Source of the DNA: a virus
Length of the DNA: 64,000 bases
Reading direction: 5' to 3' (one strand)
Virus record (IMG/VR): IMGVR_UViG_3300044846_001842
Coordinates: 16,107 to 80,106 of that record
Below the pieces are notes generated by a model that was not told the origin of the DNA, searched no databases, and saw nothing but the letters and a program-made list of their open reading frames with translations. Of this stretch, positions 39,676 through 48,756 are shown piece after piece; positions within the stretch are counted from its first letter, which is position 1; the number at the start of each line of letters is the position of its first letter. The position numbers and the translations under genes are program-made.

Positions 39676-39817
39676 AAATTAGTGTGCCTTTTTCTACACA
39701 ATATGATTTCATACACCCTCCTAAACAGCCATAAATAAAATTAGGAGAAATAGCATCACTGCTTCTCCCATTATCTCTAGTTACTAGGGTTTTAGTCTTT
39801 TGTTTCTTGATTTCCAT
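39419..39817 (-). CDS. N-terminal 39 aa of radical SAM protein fused to split-intein N fragment (IntN, 39422-39700)
   Basis: GCLGGCMKSY|CVEKGTLISTPNG (block A), VTAEHPFY (block B), GWVEAQYL, then stop. Confidence 0.85.
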   Translation of the reverse strand: MEIKKQKTKTLVTRDNGRSSDAISPNFIYGCLGGCMKSYCVEKGTLISTPNGQIPVEKIQDDTFVLSYNNSLELVEPKKCHHIFSRESNSWIEIEVEGKKIVVTAEHPFYIVGKGWVEAQYLTEDDEVLCDD

Positions 39818-40037
39818 TAGGTAAATAAATTGCTATAATTTGTTTATAAGCTTTATCATAATCAAAAGGTAAAAGACTAGTCCATGTTTCAAAGTCTACT
39901 GTAATATTAGGTTGAATACTATTTCCAGACTCTACTACAGTTAAAGTAAAAGAATAATCTAGATTGTTATGATTATAAATTCCTTTATAAAAAATGTGTT
40001 TTGCAAAAGGTTGTCTTTCAAGATTTACTTGTGTCAT
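39792..40037 (-). CDS. Hypothetical protein
   Basis: Packed ORF. Confidence 0.45.
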   Translation of the reverse strand: MTQVNLERQPFAKHIFYKGIYNHNNLDYSFTLTVVESGNSIQPNITVDFETWTSLLPFDYDKAYKQIIAIYLPNGNQETKD

Positions 40038-40055
40038 CTTTAATTTGTTTTAAGG

Positions 40056-40241
40056 TTATTCATCTATTCCTACTAAATCACAAATATCATTGTAAGCTAA
40101 CTGAACTTCATGAGCTTCTGAGCCACCTTCTTCTACCTCATCTTGACAAAGAGAGATAAAAGACCAAATTTCATCTTTGTGTTTGGGGTGTTCTTTTGCA
40201 ACATTCCTTGCCCACTGCACTAATTGCTCTAAATTAGTCAT
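40056..40241 (-). CDS. Hypothetical small acidic helical protein
   Basis: Packed ORF. Confidence 0.45.
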   Translation of the reverse strand: MTNLEQLVQWARNVAKEHPKHKDEIWSFISLCQDEVEEGGSEAHEVQLAYNDICDLVGIDE

Positions 40242-40470
40242 CTTCTTGAGCTGAGTCTATAACATTAAACATGCCTGTAACAATTTTGTCCTTATCTTCA
40301 AATTTGTAAAACTCTCCAAAGTCAGTGTCATCTAACCCTCTATCAATAGCTGCTCTATCTCTAGAACTAACCTCAGGGCAAGGAATTTGTTTCTGAGTCT
40401 TAGTTGTTTTATCATATTCATTCATAATACACTCTATAGTAAGGCTTTTAATTTTAATTTTTTGATTCAT
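40234..40470 (-). CDS. Hypothetical protein
   Basis: Packed ORF. Confidence 0.45.
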   Translation of the reverse strand: MNQKIKIKSLTIECIMNEYDKTTKTQKQIPCPEVSSRDRAAIDRGLDDTDFGEFYKFEDKDKIVTGMFNVIDSAQEDD

Positions 40471-40472
40471 TT

Positions 40473-40856
40473 TTAGTAATTATTAATTTTTTCTTTAATA
40501 CTTGCCTCACATAAGATTAGATAGTTTATCAAATCTCCTATTTTTTCATCTACTACTTCTTGTTCAGGAAGCTTCCCTTGTTCTATATCATTCAGTATAT
40601 CTAAGAATGATACATAGTGCTTAACTGCAAAACCCCAAAGAGCTTTCTCTTCAGTAGTGTTTTGCACTTTAGCAGCTATCCTAAAATTGTGTAGAGGGTC
40701 ATTGTCTCTTCTGTACTCTTTCCCTTTTTCTACAAGAGTCCTCTTGATTATCATACATCTTGTATCTACAAGAGTGTCAAATTGAGTTTCACTTAGCTTA
40801 TTATAAATTACTGATTTAGGCTTTTCTTCCATACCAAATATTTTGAAGTTTAACAA
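40473..40856 (-). CDS. DUF1599 / nucleotide-modification-associated all-alpha pyrophosphatase-like protein
   Basis: KGKEY...DPLHNF...KH...EKIGDLINYLIL; start probably at internal Met (MEEKP). Confidence 0.6.
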   Translation of the reverse strand: MLNFKIFGMEEKPKSVIYNKLSETQFDTLVDTRCMIIKRTLVEKGKEYRRDNDPLHNFRIAAKVQNTTEEKALWGFAVKHYVSFLDILNDIEQGKLPEQEVVDEKIGDLINYLILCEASIKEKINNY

Positions 40857-41127
40857 TTAACTTTTGCCACCATTTGAGAGCTATTCTCCCAAGAGCTTTG
40901 TAAGAAGGTTTTTGAAGTTCTTCTGGGGTAAATGCTACACAAAGAGCTTCTCTAACCCATTTAGGCTTAAATTGCTCACTTGCATAGTTTTCCCATCTAA
41001 GTAAAAGATAGATGTTTTTACCTCTTTTTTCAACAGCCATAACCCTAGCAGGGTTAGAGTTGTTTTTGTAGAGAACATAGACTTTTTCTTCACTAAGGCT
41101 GTTTTTTTCTTTTTTAAAATTCCACAT
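40816..41127 (-). CDS. Hypothetical protein
   Basis: Packed ORF. Confidence 0.45.
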   Translation of the reverse strand: MWNFKKEKNSLSEEKVYVLYKNNSNPARVMAVEKRGKNIYLLLRWENYASEQFKPKWVREALCVAFTPEELQKPSYKALGRIALKWWQKLIVKLQNIWYGRKA

Positions 41128-41335
41128 ATTCTACATTTTGAGATTGCAACTCTGCAATTAATATAGAATCTTCTACTGAAATAGCTGGTGTCTCATCTAG
41201 AATAGTTTCTAAATTGTAACTACATTCTTCATCATTAGGATTTACCATAGAAGGAGAAATATTTTTCTTTATCCAAGCTTTAAAAGAAGGAGTAAAGTCA
41301 GGCTGAAAAGCTGTAATAATTAATGTGTGTGCCAT
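41114..41335 (-). CDS. Hypothetical protein
   Basis: Packed ORF. Confidence 0.45.
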   Translation of the reverse strand: MAHTLIITAFQPDFTPSFKAWIKKNISPSMVNPNDEECSYNLETILDETPAISVEDSILIAELQSQNVEYVEF

Positions 41336-41359
41336 CTGATTAAAATTAATGAAAGCTAA

Positions 41360-41375
41360 GGGGGATCACTCCCCC
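41360..41375 (-). terminator. GC-rich hairpin (possible terminator)
   Basis: GGGGGA-GUGA-UCCCCC on - strand at the end of 41366..42013; weak U-tract. Confidence 0.4.
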
Positions 41376-42013
41376 AAAGGCTTCCAAGTGTTAAAAAATT
41401 CTTCTTCTTTATTAGGAGGAAGATCATATTCCCAAGAACCTTGTAAAAAATCTTGTTCTTCTAACTGAACATTAAATACTTCTTTAACTAAAAGTTTAAA
41501 CTGCTCTTTAGCAAATAGTGTTTTAAACAATACATGTCTAGCAGTAGCTTTATTTTCATCTCCAAAAAAAAGATTAATTTCATTCTTGGTGTACATTAAA
41601 CTATACTTACCCAATAAAAATTTATCATAGACATCAGCTAATTCAGGTGGAAAGGCTAATACTATCATTTGTTTTCTACTGTTGTGCTCAAGAATTGAGT
41701 CATAAGCATAATCTGTGACATAATATTCTTGATGTTTTACCCAATCCATAAAGTTTTGGAATAAATCAGGTCTTACAAGTTTGTCTACAAGAATAAAAAT
41801 ATTCTTTTGACCTTCTAAATGAGTACCTTCTAACAAAGAATCATGTATGCCAAAGGCTAACTTAAAGACCAAGTTTAACTTGGTCTTCAAAGTAGGCCCA
41901 TAGAAATTAAGAGCAGGAACTAAGTACTTAACGGTTCTGTTTACATACAATTTTCCTAACTCAATTTCTATACCTGTTTTTACAATTTTAGACAATACCA
42001 TCCCATGATACAA
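41366..42013 (-). CDS. Hypothetical protein
   Basis: 215-aa ORF coupled to the exonuclease gene. Confidence 0.55.
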   Translation of the reverse strand: MYHGMVLSKIVKTGIEIELGKLYVNRTVKYLVPALNFYGPTLKTKLNLVFKLAFGIHDSLLEGTHLEGQKNIFILVDKLVRPDLFQNFMDWVKHQEYYVTDYAYDSILEHNSRKQMIVLAFPPELADVYDKFLLGKYSLMYTKNEINLFFGDENKATARHVLFKTLFAKEQFKLLVKEVFNVQLEEQDFLQGSWEYDLPPNKEEEFFNTWKPLGE

Positions 42014-43157
42014 CTAATGGGGTTAAACCTGCTTCTTGAATTTCTCTTTCTTCATTAAAACCATTCTCACTATGGTAAATATAAAGGTCTAAGAGTTGTT
42101 CAAAGCCCTTAACTTCATGTTGAATAATAGCAGTTGCCATAGCATCTTCATCAAACAGATTAGTGTCTATTAAAGATATAGCTTTTCTGCCATATCTCCC
42201 CATATTTAGGAGAGATTTATCTACTATAAAGTTTAAAGGTTTTCCTTGAAATGAAGTAGATTCTACTACAAATTGGAAAGGTTTAATCACATCACTTCCT
42301 TCAGGAACTGCAAAGTGTGAATGTAATGCTAGGGTGTACCAAGCAGCTTGAATATCATATCTTCTGGCTTTGATACTACTAGGGAAATAATAAGTATTTC
42401 CATTCATAGTTTTCAAATCAATTCCTGTGATAGAAAGAATTTTTCCTTCAATATCTCTTTCTACAATAACCATGTCTAACAATCCTTTACATTGTACTCC
42501 TCTGTACTCAAAGTAAATAGGAAACTGATAATAAATTGTTATGTGTGGTAATGCTTCAAAAGAAGCCCTATCAAAGAATGCTGAGGTTCTAGGATTATTG
42601 CATAAAGATATTACAATACTTGCAATAGTTTCTGCTTGTGTTTTGCTGATAACCCTTTTCCCAAAGGCTTTGCATAAATCCATGAAATACTCAGTTCCAG
42701 GTTCAATAATATTCTTTAACTTGGCATCTGCTCCCCATCTAGGTTGCCATTCTGCTCTATCACAGGCATCTAGAATATAAGTAGAGTGATCTTTCAAATC
42801 ACCTACAAATTCTACAAAAGAAGTTACAGGTAAAGGCTCTTCCTGTCCCTGTATTACTTCTAAATGCTCTGCATAGTCCTGCAATAAATCTTGATGAACT
42901 GCTTGCAAAATTCCTATTACAGTTTCAGAAGGAAGTTTCTCCACTCCTGAAATGTAATACTCTGCCTCAAAGGCTTCTTTTGAGTTAGTTAATATACAAT
43001 CTACTGCAGAACCTATAACAAAATGCTCAGCTGAGGAGTCTTCTACTTTATGAAAGGACCCTAAGTCCCCCAGTAATCTTTTTAATTTTGATTGACCTAA
43101 TGCACTAGACTCATAATATTCTAGTACTTCTTCCTTTGTGGCTACTATTACTGACAT
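41988..43157 (-). CDS. PD-(D/E)XK exonuclease (RecE/ExoVIII, DUF3799-like)
   Basis: GSAVDC, CKGLLDMV, IDLKT, YDIQAAWY. Confidence 0.8.
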   Translation of the reverse strand: MSVIVATKEEVLEYYESSALGQSKLKRLLGDLGSFHKVEDSSAEHFVIGSAVDCILTNSKEAFEAEYYISGVEKLPSETVIGILQAVHQDLLQDYAEHLEVIQGQEEPLPVTSFVEFVGDLKDHSTYILDACDRAEWQPRWGADAKLKNIIEPGTEYFMDLCKAFGKRVISKTQAETIASIVISLCNNPRTSAFFDRASFEALPHITIYYQFPIYFEYRGVQCKGLLDMVIVERDIEGKILSITGIDLKTMNGNTYYFPSSIKARRYDIQAAWYTLALHSHFAVPEGSDVIKPFQFVVESTSFQGKPLNFIVDKSLLNMGRYGRKAISLIDTNLFDEDAMATAIIQHEVKGFEQLLDLYIYHSENGFNEEREIQEAGLTPLVVSWDGIV

Positions 43158-43660
43158 GCTACATACTGTTTAATGATTACTTGTTCTTTAAAATGGTCAA
43201 GTGTCATGCCTACAACAGTTTTAAACTCAGAGTTCAAGTCAAACTTGAAGTCCTTCATCATAGAATACTCTAAATCAGGACTTTTACTTCTAAATACATC
43301 AAACTGTGTTGAGGACATATACACCATTTCCATGTCCGGAGTTCTTTTAACTCCAGGCTTACCTTGCTTGTAATGAAACAATACACAAGGTCTTTTTGTA
43401 ACTTCATCTTCAGGGGGAAACATAGCAGTAATGGATGTTGCCATCATAAATAACTCCTTTCCAGGATTCATATTTTTTTGGACACCAGCCTTAATCTGCA
43501 CATTGAAAGGAATGTACAACAAGTCAATCTTTGCATTGTCATGTTTTTTACTTCCAAATCTAGCAGTTTCACAGAATGTAAAGCCTAGTTCTCTAAAGAA
43601 TTTGGCGTAATATCTTTCTGCAGAACTGCCCTTTCTTTTGTTTGTGGCTCCTAATCCCAT
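43148..43660 (-). CDS. Holliday junction resolvase-like PD-(D/E)XK nuclease
   Basis: KRKGSSAER...KIDL...VQIK pattern. Confidence 0.65.
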   Translation of the reverse strand: MGLGATNKRKGSSAERYYAKFFRELGFTFCETARFGSKKHDNAKIDLLYIPFNVQIKAGVQKNMNPGKELFMMATSITAMFPPEDEVTKRPCVLFHYKQGKPGVKRTPDMEMVYMSSTQFDVFRSKSPDLEYSMMKDFKFDLNSEFKTVVGMTLDHFKEQVIIKQYVACQ

Positions 43661-43707
43661 ATAAGATTTTTAAAATTATAACTAAAAAACTTACATACCT
43701 TTTGGAA

Positions 43708-44637
43708 TTATCCTTCATCATCAATTAGTTCTATTGGTCTAGTGTCAGTCCTTAGTCTTGAGCCTGTTTCAAAACTTCCTCTTGTAGTATACACTTCCAC
43801 AGGTAACGTAGGAAAATCTTCTGAAGAAACAGTCAAGTTAACATATCCAGACTCTGTATGGGCAGAGTCTAAAATATTGGATTCTGTTAAAAATAAATCA
43901 GGAATTTCTTCAATAGGATTGACAGATTCAAATAATAGAGCTTCTTCTTCAATAGGTAATTCCTCATTTTGAGTTTGTACTTCTAGTTCATTAAATACAT
44001 AAGAGTCCTCTTCTTCTGTATATAAGAATGTTGGTAGTACTTTACTCATGTACTCTTCTAACTGGCTAACAGAGTTAGCTTTAGGGATTTCAAATACGTC
44101 TGCAAAGGTATTTCTTTCAATTTCTTGAGAGGTAATCACTCTGACCTCTATACCTTTTTCATAGCAAGACATTAATATTTCTTTTTGAAATCTTCTGTTA
44201 AGTGAAGCAAGATCTGGATTAGTAAAAAAAGATGTGGAGTAAAACAAAACAAAATCTTTATAGTCAACAGAGTTGACTTCTTCCCGATACCTTATTTCAG
44301 AGAATTTTTTAGTATCTGGGTTTAAGTATTTTTCTCTAGGCATTGCAAAAACTATCATAGGTATCCCTGTTTCAGTAAACATGACACCTTTAACAAAAAA
44401 GTATATTCTTTTCCCTATAGTTATTTTTGTTGGAGAAATAGCTAGTTCTAAAGCATCTTTAATATTCTTAAGCGTATTTGCTTTTTTTAAATTGCCTGAT
44501 TCTAAACAAGGTTTATGATAATACCCTTCCTTTGAAGTTTTAAAGGCAAAAATAGGAATATATTTATTTGCTGTTATAGGAGTTTTAAAAAATTTATCTT
44601 CTATGTGATAGCCTACACTTTTTGGATTTGCTATCAT
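43708..44637 (-). CDS. Hypothetical protein with acidic C-terminal tail, translationally coupled to E1 gene
   Basis: ATGA start/stop overlap at 44634-44637. Confidence 0.6.
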   Translation of the reverse strand: MIANPKSVGYHIEDKFFKTPITANKYIPIFAFKTSKEGYYHKPCLESGNLKKANTLKNIKDALELAISPTKITIGKRIYFFVKGVMFTETGIPMIVFAMPREKYLNPDTKKFSEIRYREEVNSVDYKDFVLFYSTSFFTNPDLASLNRRFQKEILMSCYEKGIEVRVITSQEIERNTFADVFEIPKANSVSQLEEYMSKVLPTFLYTEEEDSYVFNELEVQTQNEELPIEEEALLFESVNPIEEIPDLFLTESNILDSAHTESGYVNLTVSSEDFPTLPVEVYTTRGSFETGSRLRTDTRPIELIDDEG

Positions 44638-46413
44638 AATTCTGAAGCAGAATAATTCATAGGAACTACAAATTCATAGTAGAAAGGAACTTCTCTGATA
44701 GTTTCTCCACTATAAATGTTAGCAATATGATTAGTAAAATAGGAAGTCATAAGAGTTCCTATCATAGCTGCTGTATGAGAACTTTGCTTCATAGTACAAG
44801 GGGCTTCCTCCACTATTGAATCATGAAACAAATGGTCTTTTTCATACCTGTCAGCATTTTCCGGAGTAACACAGAATATCTGTAATTGCTCTATCTCTAG
44901 TCTACCATCTATGAAGATTGGAGTCACCCCTGGTGGAGCTATACTCCAGGACTTCTTCCAGACATGAAACAATGCATTTCTTGCCTCCATGTTATCAAAA
45001 GCAGAAAACATAAAGTAATGTGTCATTGTATTCATATCAATTCTCTCATTGAATGTAGATATAGGAGTATTACAAAAAGAGTTTACAACTCTTGCTACTG
45101 CTGTTACTTTAGCTTGACCTAAGTCAGTCTGCATAAATAATTGACCACCTAGATTATGGTCTTCTACAGTATCAAAGTCATAGAGGTTAACTCTAAAACC
45201 TATCTTAGTTAAGAAATAACATAACCAACTCGACGTATCTACATATTTCTATATAGGTCGGACTATATCTTCACCCTTATAGGGTGGGGGACACTTTTTC
45301 ATTAAGGGACTAACCTTAATTACTTCCTGTTATTAAGCCACATTGCTGTGGCTCAGGTAGTCTCTGAACCTTCCATCTCTGATGGCTTGGCTGCTGATTA
45401 ACAACTTAGTATAAGCTTTTTTCTCACTTATATACCTTAGTGGCTTTAGTCTTCCAGCAATTCATCCCCTCCACCAATAGTATTACTACTATTGGGGGCA
45501 GTTATAACTTGGCTCATTTTATTACAACTTTTACATTTTATCCTTGTTTTCCCATTTCTAAATCCATTATAAGAAGTAGACAGAGATAAACATTTAGGAC
45601 ATTGTATCCTTTCTTTTTGTTCATATTCTGCAATTACATTTAATTTTTCATATTTTCTTTGTAGAAAAATTGAAGCTTCCTTGTAAATATATTCTCCAAA
45701 TAATTTAGAGACAGAGTAAGAACTTGTGTATAATTTATAATAATCCAAAGTTCTTAAACCTATTCCTTTAAAAGAACAAGTCAAATTTACTGGAATTCTG
45801 TTATCATACAATTGTTTAATTATTTCTGTTATAAGAGTAAAAGATGTTCCTCCTATTTCAATTTTTAAATTAAAAAGTTTTTGAGAATACACACTCCCAT
45901 CTCCATCAAAATAACCTCTTATGAAATGGTTCATAAATTGTAAAGGAATATGATTAAGAGAAAGTAATTCCCTATTAACAGAAGATTTTAAACAAAAAAC
46001 TCCCTTTTCTAAAAGATCTTTTTTAAGTTTTTTAGAAGTGCAATCTAGCTTATATGCTTTTGCATGAGATTTTCTTATTGTAAAAAAAGGAAAAATTTGA
46101 ACAAGTTTTTGTAAAAGCATTAAATCTTGTTCATGTAAAGTGATACCACAATTATTATTAGCAGAACAAACATACCCATCTGCGTAAAAAAGTCCTAACA
46201 AATATGCTTTTTCTTGTGTATCAAGTTGTTGTAATTCATTTGCATATTTCATATTTTCTAAGTTTTAGAATACAAAAATACAAACTATAAATGAGATATA
46301 CAAATATATCTACCAATACCACCTGCACCACCCACCATACACACTTCATTATTTCTAGGGAACCAAGGGGCATCTTTAAATCTAGACTGTTGGGTTGTGC
46401 TATTTTGTCTCAT
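44634..46413 (-). CDS. ThiF/E1-like ubiquitin-activating-family enzyme, 232 aa, two exons (46413-46312 and 45230-44634)
   Basis: Joined exons read MVGGAGGIG|SWLCYFLTKIG...YDFDTVEDHNLGGQLF...AFDNMEAR...IDGR...APCT. Confidence 0.88.
45446..46252 (-). CDS. Double-motif LAGLIDADG homing endonuclease with C-terminal Zn ribbon (intron-encoded)
   Basis: YLLGLFYADG and FIRGYFDGDG; CPKC...CKSC. Confidence 0.9.
   Translation of the reverse strand: MKYANELQQLDTQEKAYLLGLFYADGYVCSANNNCGITLHEQDLMLLQKLVQIFPFFTIRKSHAKAYKLDCTSKKLKKDLLEKGVFCLKSSVNRELLSLNHIPLQFMNHFIRGYFDGDGSVYSQKLFNLKIEIGGTSFTLITEIIKQLYDNRIPVNLTCSFKGIGLRTLDYYKLYTSSYSVSKLFGEYIYKEASIFLQRKYEKLNVIAEYEQKERIQCPKCLSLSTSYNGFRNGKTRIKCKSCNKMSQVITAPNSSNTIGGGDELLED
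46273..46304 (-). promoter_or_regulatory. Intron-internal Bacteroidota promoter for the LAGLIDADG gene
   Basis: TTTG (46304-01), 20 nt, TATTTTTG (46280-73). Confidence 0.65.
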
Positions 46414-47647
46414 TTTCTATAAATTTGTTTATCATTGCATTAATAGTTTTAATAGTCAGCCCTATCTCTGGATAAAGTTGTTTTACATCTTCTAGCAAAT
46501 CTACAATTTCATGAGTGTACTGCACAAATTCAGCAGCATTAGCATTAGGAAAATGTTGAGCAAAGTTCTTAGCATAATCATTAATTACAGATTTTGCTAT
46601 TTCTTGAGGCGTTAACTCATACTCAGCTACAATGTCAAGAACATCTTCAATAGTTTCTTCTTCCTCTAAGGGACTATTAGTGTAACTAAATAAAGACTTA
46701 GCAAAGTTGTAGATAGACATAGTTTTTAAATCTTCTTCTTCTAAATCATCAATAAGATTACCAGGAACCTCCCAATCTTCAAAAAGTTTTTTTTGATTAT
46801 TTTTAAGATTTTGTGTAAAATTTTTGTTCCAGCTTTCCATTTCTCTTTCTTCTTGAGATTTAAATTGCTTAGAATTGTTTTTATTGGGGGGATTACTAGA
46901 AGTTCTTTGCCATCCTTGTCCTATTTTAAGAAGGTCTGGAGTAGTAGGAAAGTTAGATGCTACTTTTTTTACAGGTTTAGGCTCCATGATTTTTGCTACT
47001 TGAGCTGAGAACTGATCTGTCACTAAGATTGTAGTCTTAGGAGCATCAATATCACAATCATAGATAAACAACTTCTTAGTGTTAACTTCAAAGTCTTGTT
47101 TTTCAATGATATAATCTTGGCCTTGTACATTTTTAGCTGTATAAGGAACCTGTTTAATATCCTTCTTAGCTTCTCCAATAAAAGCAACTTTGGCAATAAA
47201 GTCCATATAGTTGTTTACAATAAGAGAAAGATAGAAGTTATGTGCTGGAGCATTGTCATTAAGCTCTGCCATATCTGTACCTGAGAAGAAAACTGCCATG
47301 CTGTGATGACTGTGAACATGGCCTAGTTTCCAAGTACATCTTTCTTCAAAATCTTCTTCAATGAAGTCAATAAATCTATCATCAAGATGGTATTCAGTAT
47401 AAGCTGAACTACCCATATCTAAAGGAAGTATTGTCTTTAAAGTAATTTTGAATGTGCCAGGTTTTTCAATACTACCTTCTGTAGTATAAAATAGAGCACC
47501 TGACCACTCTACTTTTGGTATGTTTTTACACAGATACTGAATCTGATGTAATACTTCTATTGGCATTACCAAGGGAATTGTGAATTTTAATTCCACTCTG
47601 GATAACTGCTTTGCTATAGATTCTTGACTCAAGCTGGCTAAGGACAT
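46400..47647 (-). CDS. JAB/MPN+ metallo-isopeptidase (deubiquitinase-like) with C-terminal extension
   Basis: VEWSG (catalytic Glu) and GHVHSHHSMAVFFSGTD (JAMM HxH-x7-S-x2-D). Confidence 0.85.
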   Translation of the reverse strand: MSLASLSQESIAKQLSRVELKFTIPLVMPIEVLHQIQYLCKNIPKVEWSGALFYTTEGSIEKPGTFKITLKTILPLDMGSSAYTEYHLDDRFIDFIEEDFEERCTWKLGHVHSHHSMAVFFSGTDMAELNDNAPAHNFYLSLIVNNYMDFIAKVAFIGEAKKDIKQVPYTAKNVQGQDYIIEKQDFEVNTKKLFIYDCDIDAPKTTILVTDQFSAQVAKIMEPKPVKKVASNFPTTPDLLKIGQGWQRTSSNPPNKNNSKQFKSQEEREMESWNKNFTQNLKNNQKKLFEDWEVPGNLIDDLEEEDLKTMSIYNFAKSLFSYTNSPLEEEETIEDVLDIVAEYELTPQEIAKSVINDYAKNFAQHFPNANAAEFVQYTHEIVDLLEDVKQLYPEIGLTIKTINAMINKFIENETK

Positions 47648-48710
47648 GTTTTAAAAATTTAGGATAAATAATAAGGTTTTCTAAAGAAACAATAGCTTCA
47701 TTTCTTGTGTCTTCTTTAATTAATTTGGCAAACACTTTCTTGCCTCTAAAAATAGTGTATTCTCTAGGAAAAGTAAATTCAAAACTTCGCTTAGGTTGTT
47801 GCTCAGCTCTTCCTTGAAGAAATTCACTAAAAGTATTAGGTACTCTGGAAACTAAAATGTTTTTATATTGGTCAAAAGTAAAGTTTTGTAATACTAAATT
47901 TTTGACAAATTCATTAGCTCTTTCATTAGGTCTAATTCTATATCTTCTTTTTTCAATATAAAAATCCACATCTAGAGGAATTTTATCATTAAGAATTTTA
48001 CTAACAAGAGTGCTGACATCACTTGCGGTTACAGAATTAACTTTGTTGTTAAGAGCATTTTTAATGTCTTTTATTTTTCTGTAAGGAACACCCTCTAAAG
48101 ATTCCCAAGTAATCATAGAGTCAATACAAAATAAATATAGTTCATATCTATCCCAGTCCATTTCTACTTCAAACTCAGCTATCATTCTACTCACATCAGT
48201 ATCTCCACCTACACAAAAACGAGTAGTATCAAAAGGGCGTTTATTCCAGTCTGAAATACCAGGTAAATGACTTTGCTGATAAGAAGAAGCTATTTCTAAC
48301 TTAGTAAGACTAAATCTACCTCCAAAAGGGCGCTTAGTATAAATATGTCCTTCATTATTAGAATTATAAGCTATTCGATGAACTATCACTAAATCTTTAA
48401 TTTTATGTGAATCCCCATGACTATTTGTAATAGTAAATTCTGGATAAAAGACTTTAAAGTAAGGATAAAACCTAAATCCATCATAAGTAAAACCTAAGTC
48501 ATATAAATCTTTGTACTTAGCATCAAATAAGTTTAACAATTTATAAAACTCATTAATAGCTTTTTGATTAGGTCTATCAAAAAGTAATTTATCTTTATCA
48601 AACAAAAATTGTAGAAAATTTTTGTCTTTATGCGTATTCATTAGCATAGCATTGTGGACTATTTTAGATAGTCTATCATAAGATGCTAAAGGATGATCAG
48701 ATATGTTCAT
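47526..48710 (-). CDS. Putative prokaryotic E2 (ubiquitin-conjugating-like) protein
   Basis: SHLPG...RFCVGG resembles the E2 'HP...xC' flap and catalytic Cys; sits between Ubl-like and JAB genes. Confidence 0.55.
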   Translation of the reverse strand: MNISDHPLASYDRLSKIVHNAMLMNTHKDKNFLQFLFDKDKLLFDRPNQKAINEFYKLLNLFDAKYKDLYDLGFTYDGFRFYPYFKVFYPEFTITNSHGDSHKIKDLVIVHRIAYNSNNEGHIYTKRPFGGRFSLTKLEIASSYQQSHLPGISDWNKRPFDTTRFCVGGDTDVSRMIAEFEVEMDWDRYELYLFCIDSMITWESLEGVPYRKIKDIKNALNNKVNSVTASDVSTLVSKILNDKIPLDVDFYIEKRRYRIRPNERANEFVKNLVLQNFTFDQYKNILVSRVPNTFSEFLQGRAEQQPKRSFEFTFPREYTIFRGKKVFAKLIKEDTRNEAIVSLENLIIYPKFLKHVLSQLESRIYSKAVIQSGIKIHNSLGNANRSITSDSVSV

Positions 48711-48716
48711 AATATG

Positions 48717-48749
48717 AAAATTAAAGGGCTTATATTACCTAAGCCCTTT
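48717..48749 (-). terminator. Terminator/attenuator between Ubl-like and E2-like genes
   Basis: 10-bp stem AAAGGGCTTA / TAAGCCCTTT, 7-nt loop, U-rich tail on - strand. Confidence 0.65.
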
Positions 48750-48756
48750 GTTAATA

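Larger units (their letters stand above)
45231..46311 (-). mobile_element. Group I intron (1081 nt) in E1 gene, carrying a LAGLIDADG gene
   Basis: Exon ends in U, intron ends in G; core elements AATTGCTGGAA (P), AATCAGCAGCC (Q), GTTCAGAGACTA (R), AAGATATAGTCC (S). Confidence 0.9.

Noticed and set aside
44634-45134. 166-aa ORF as a stand-alone gene or pseudogene
   Set aside because: It is part of exon 2 of the intron-split E1 gene
44634-46413. ThiF as a thiamine/molybdopterin biosynthesis auxiliary gene
   Set aside because: No thiG/thiS/moaE context; neighbours are JAB and E2-like, favouring protein conjugation
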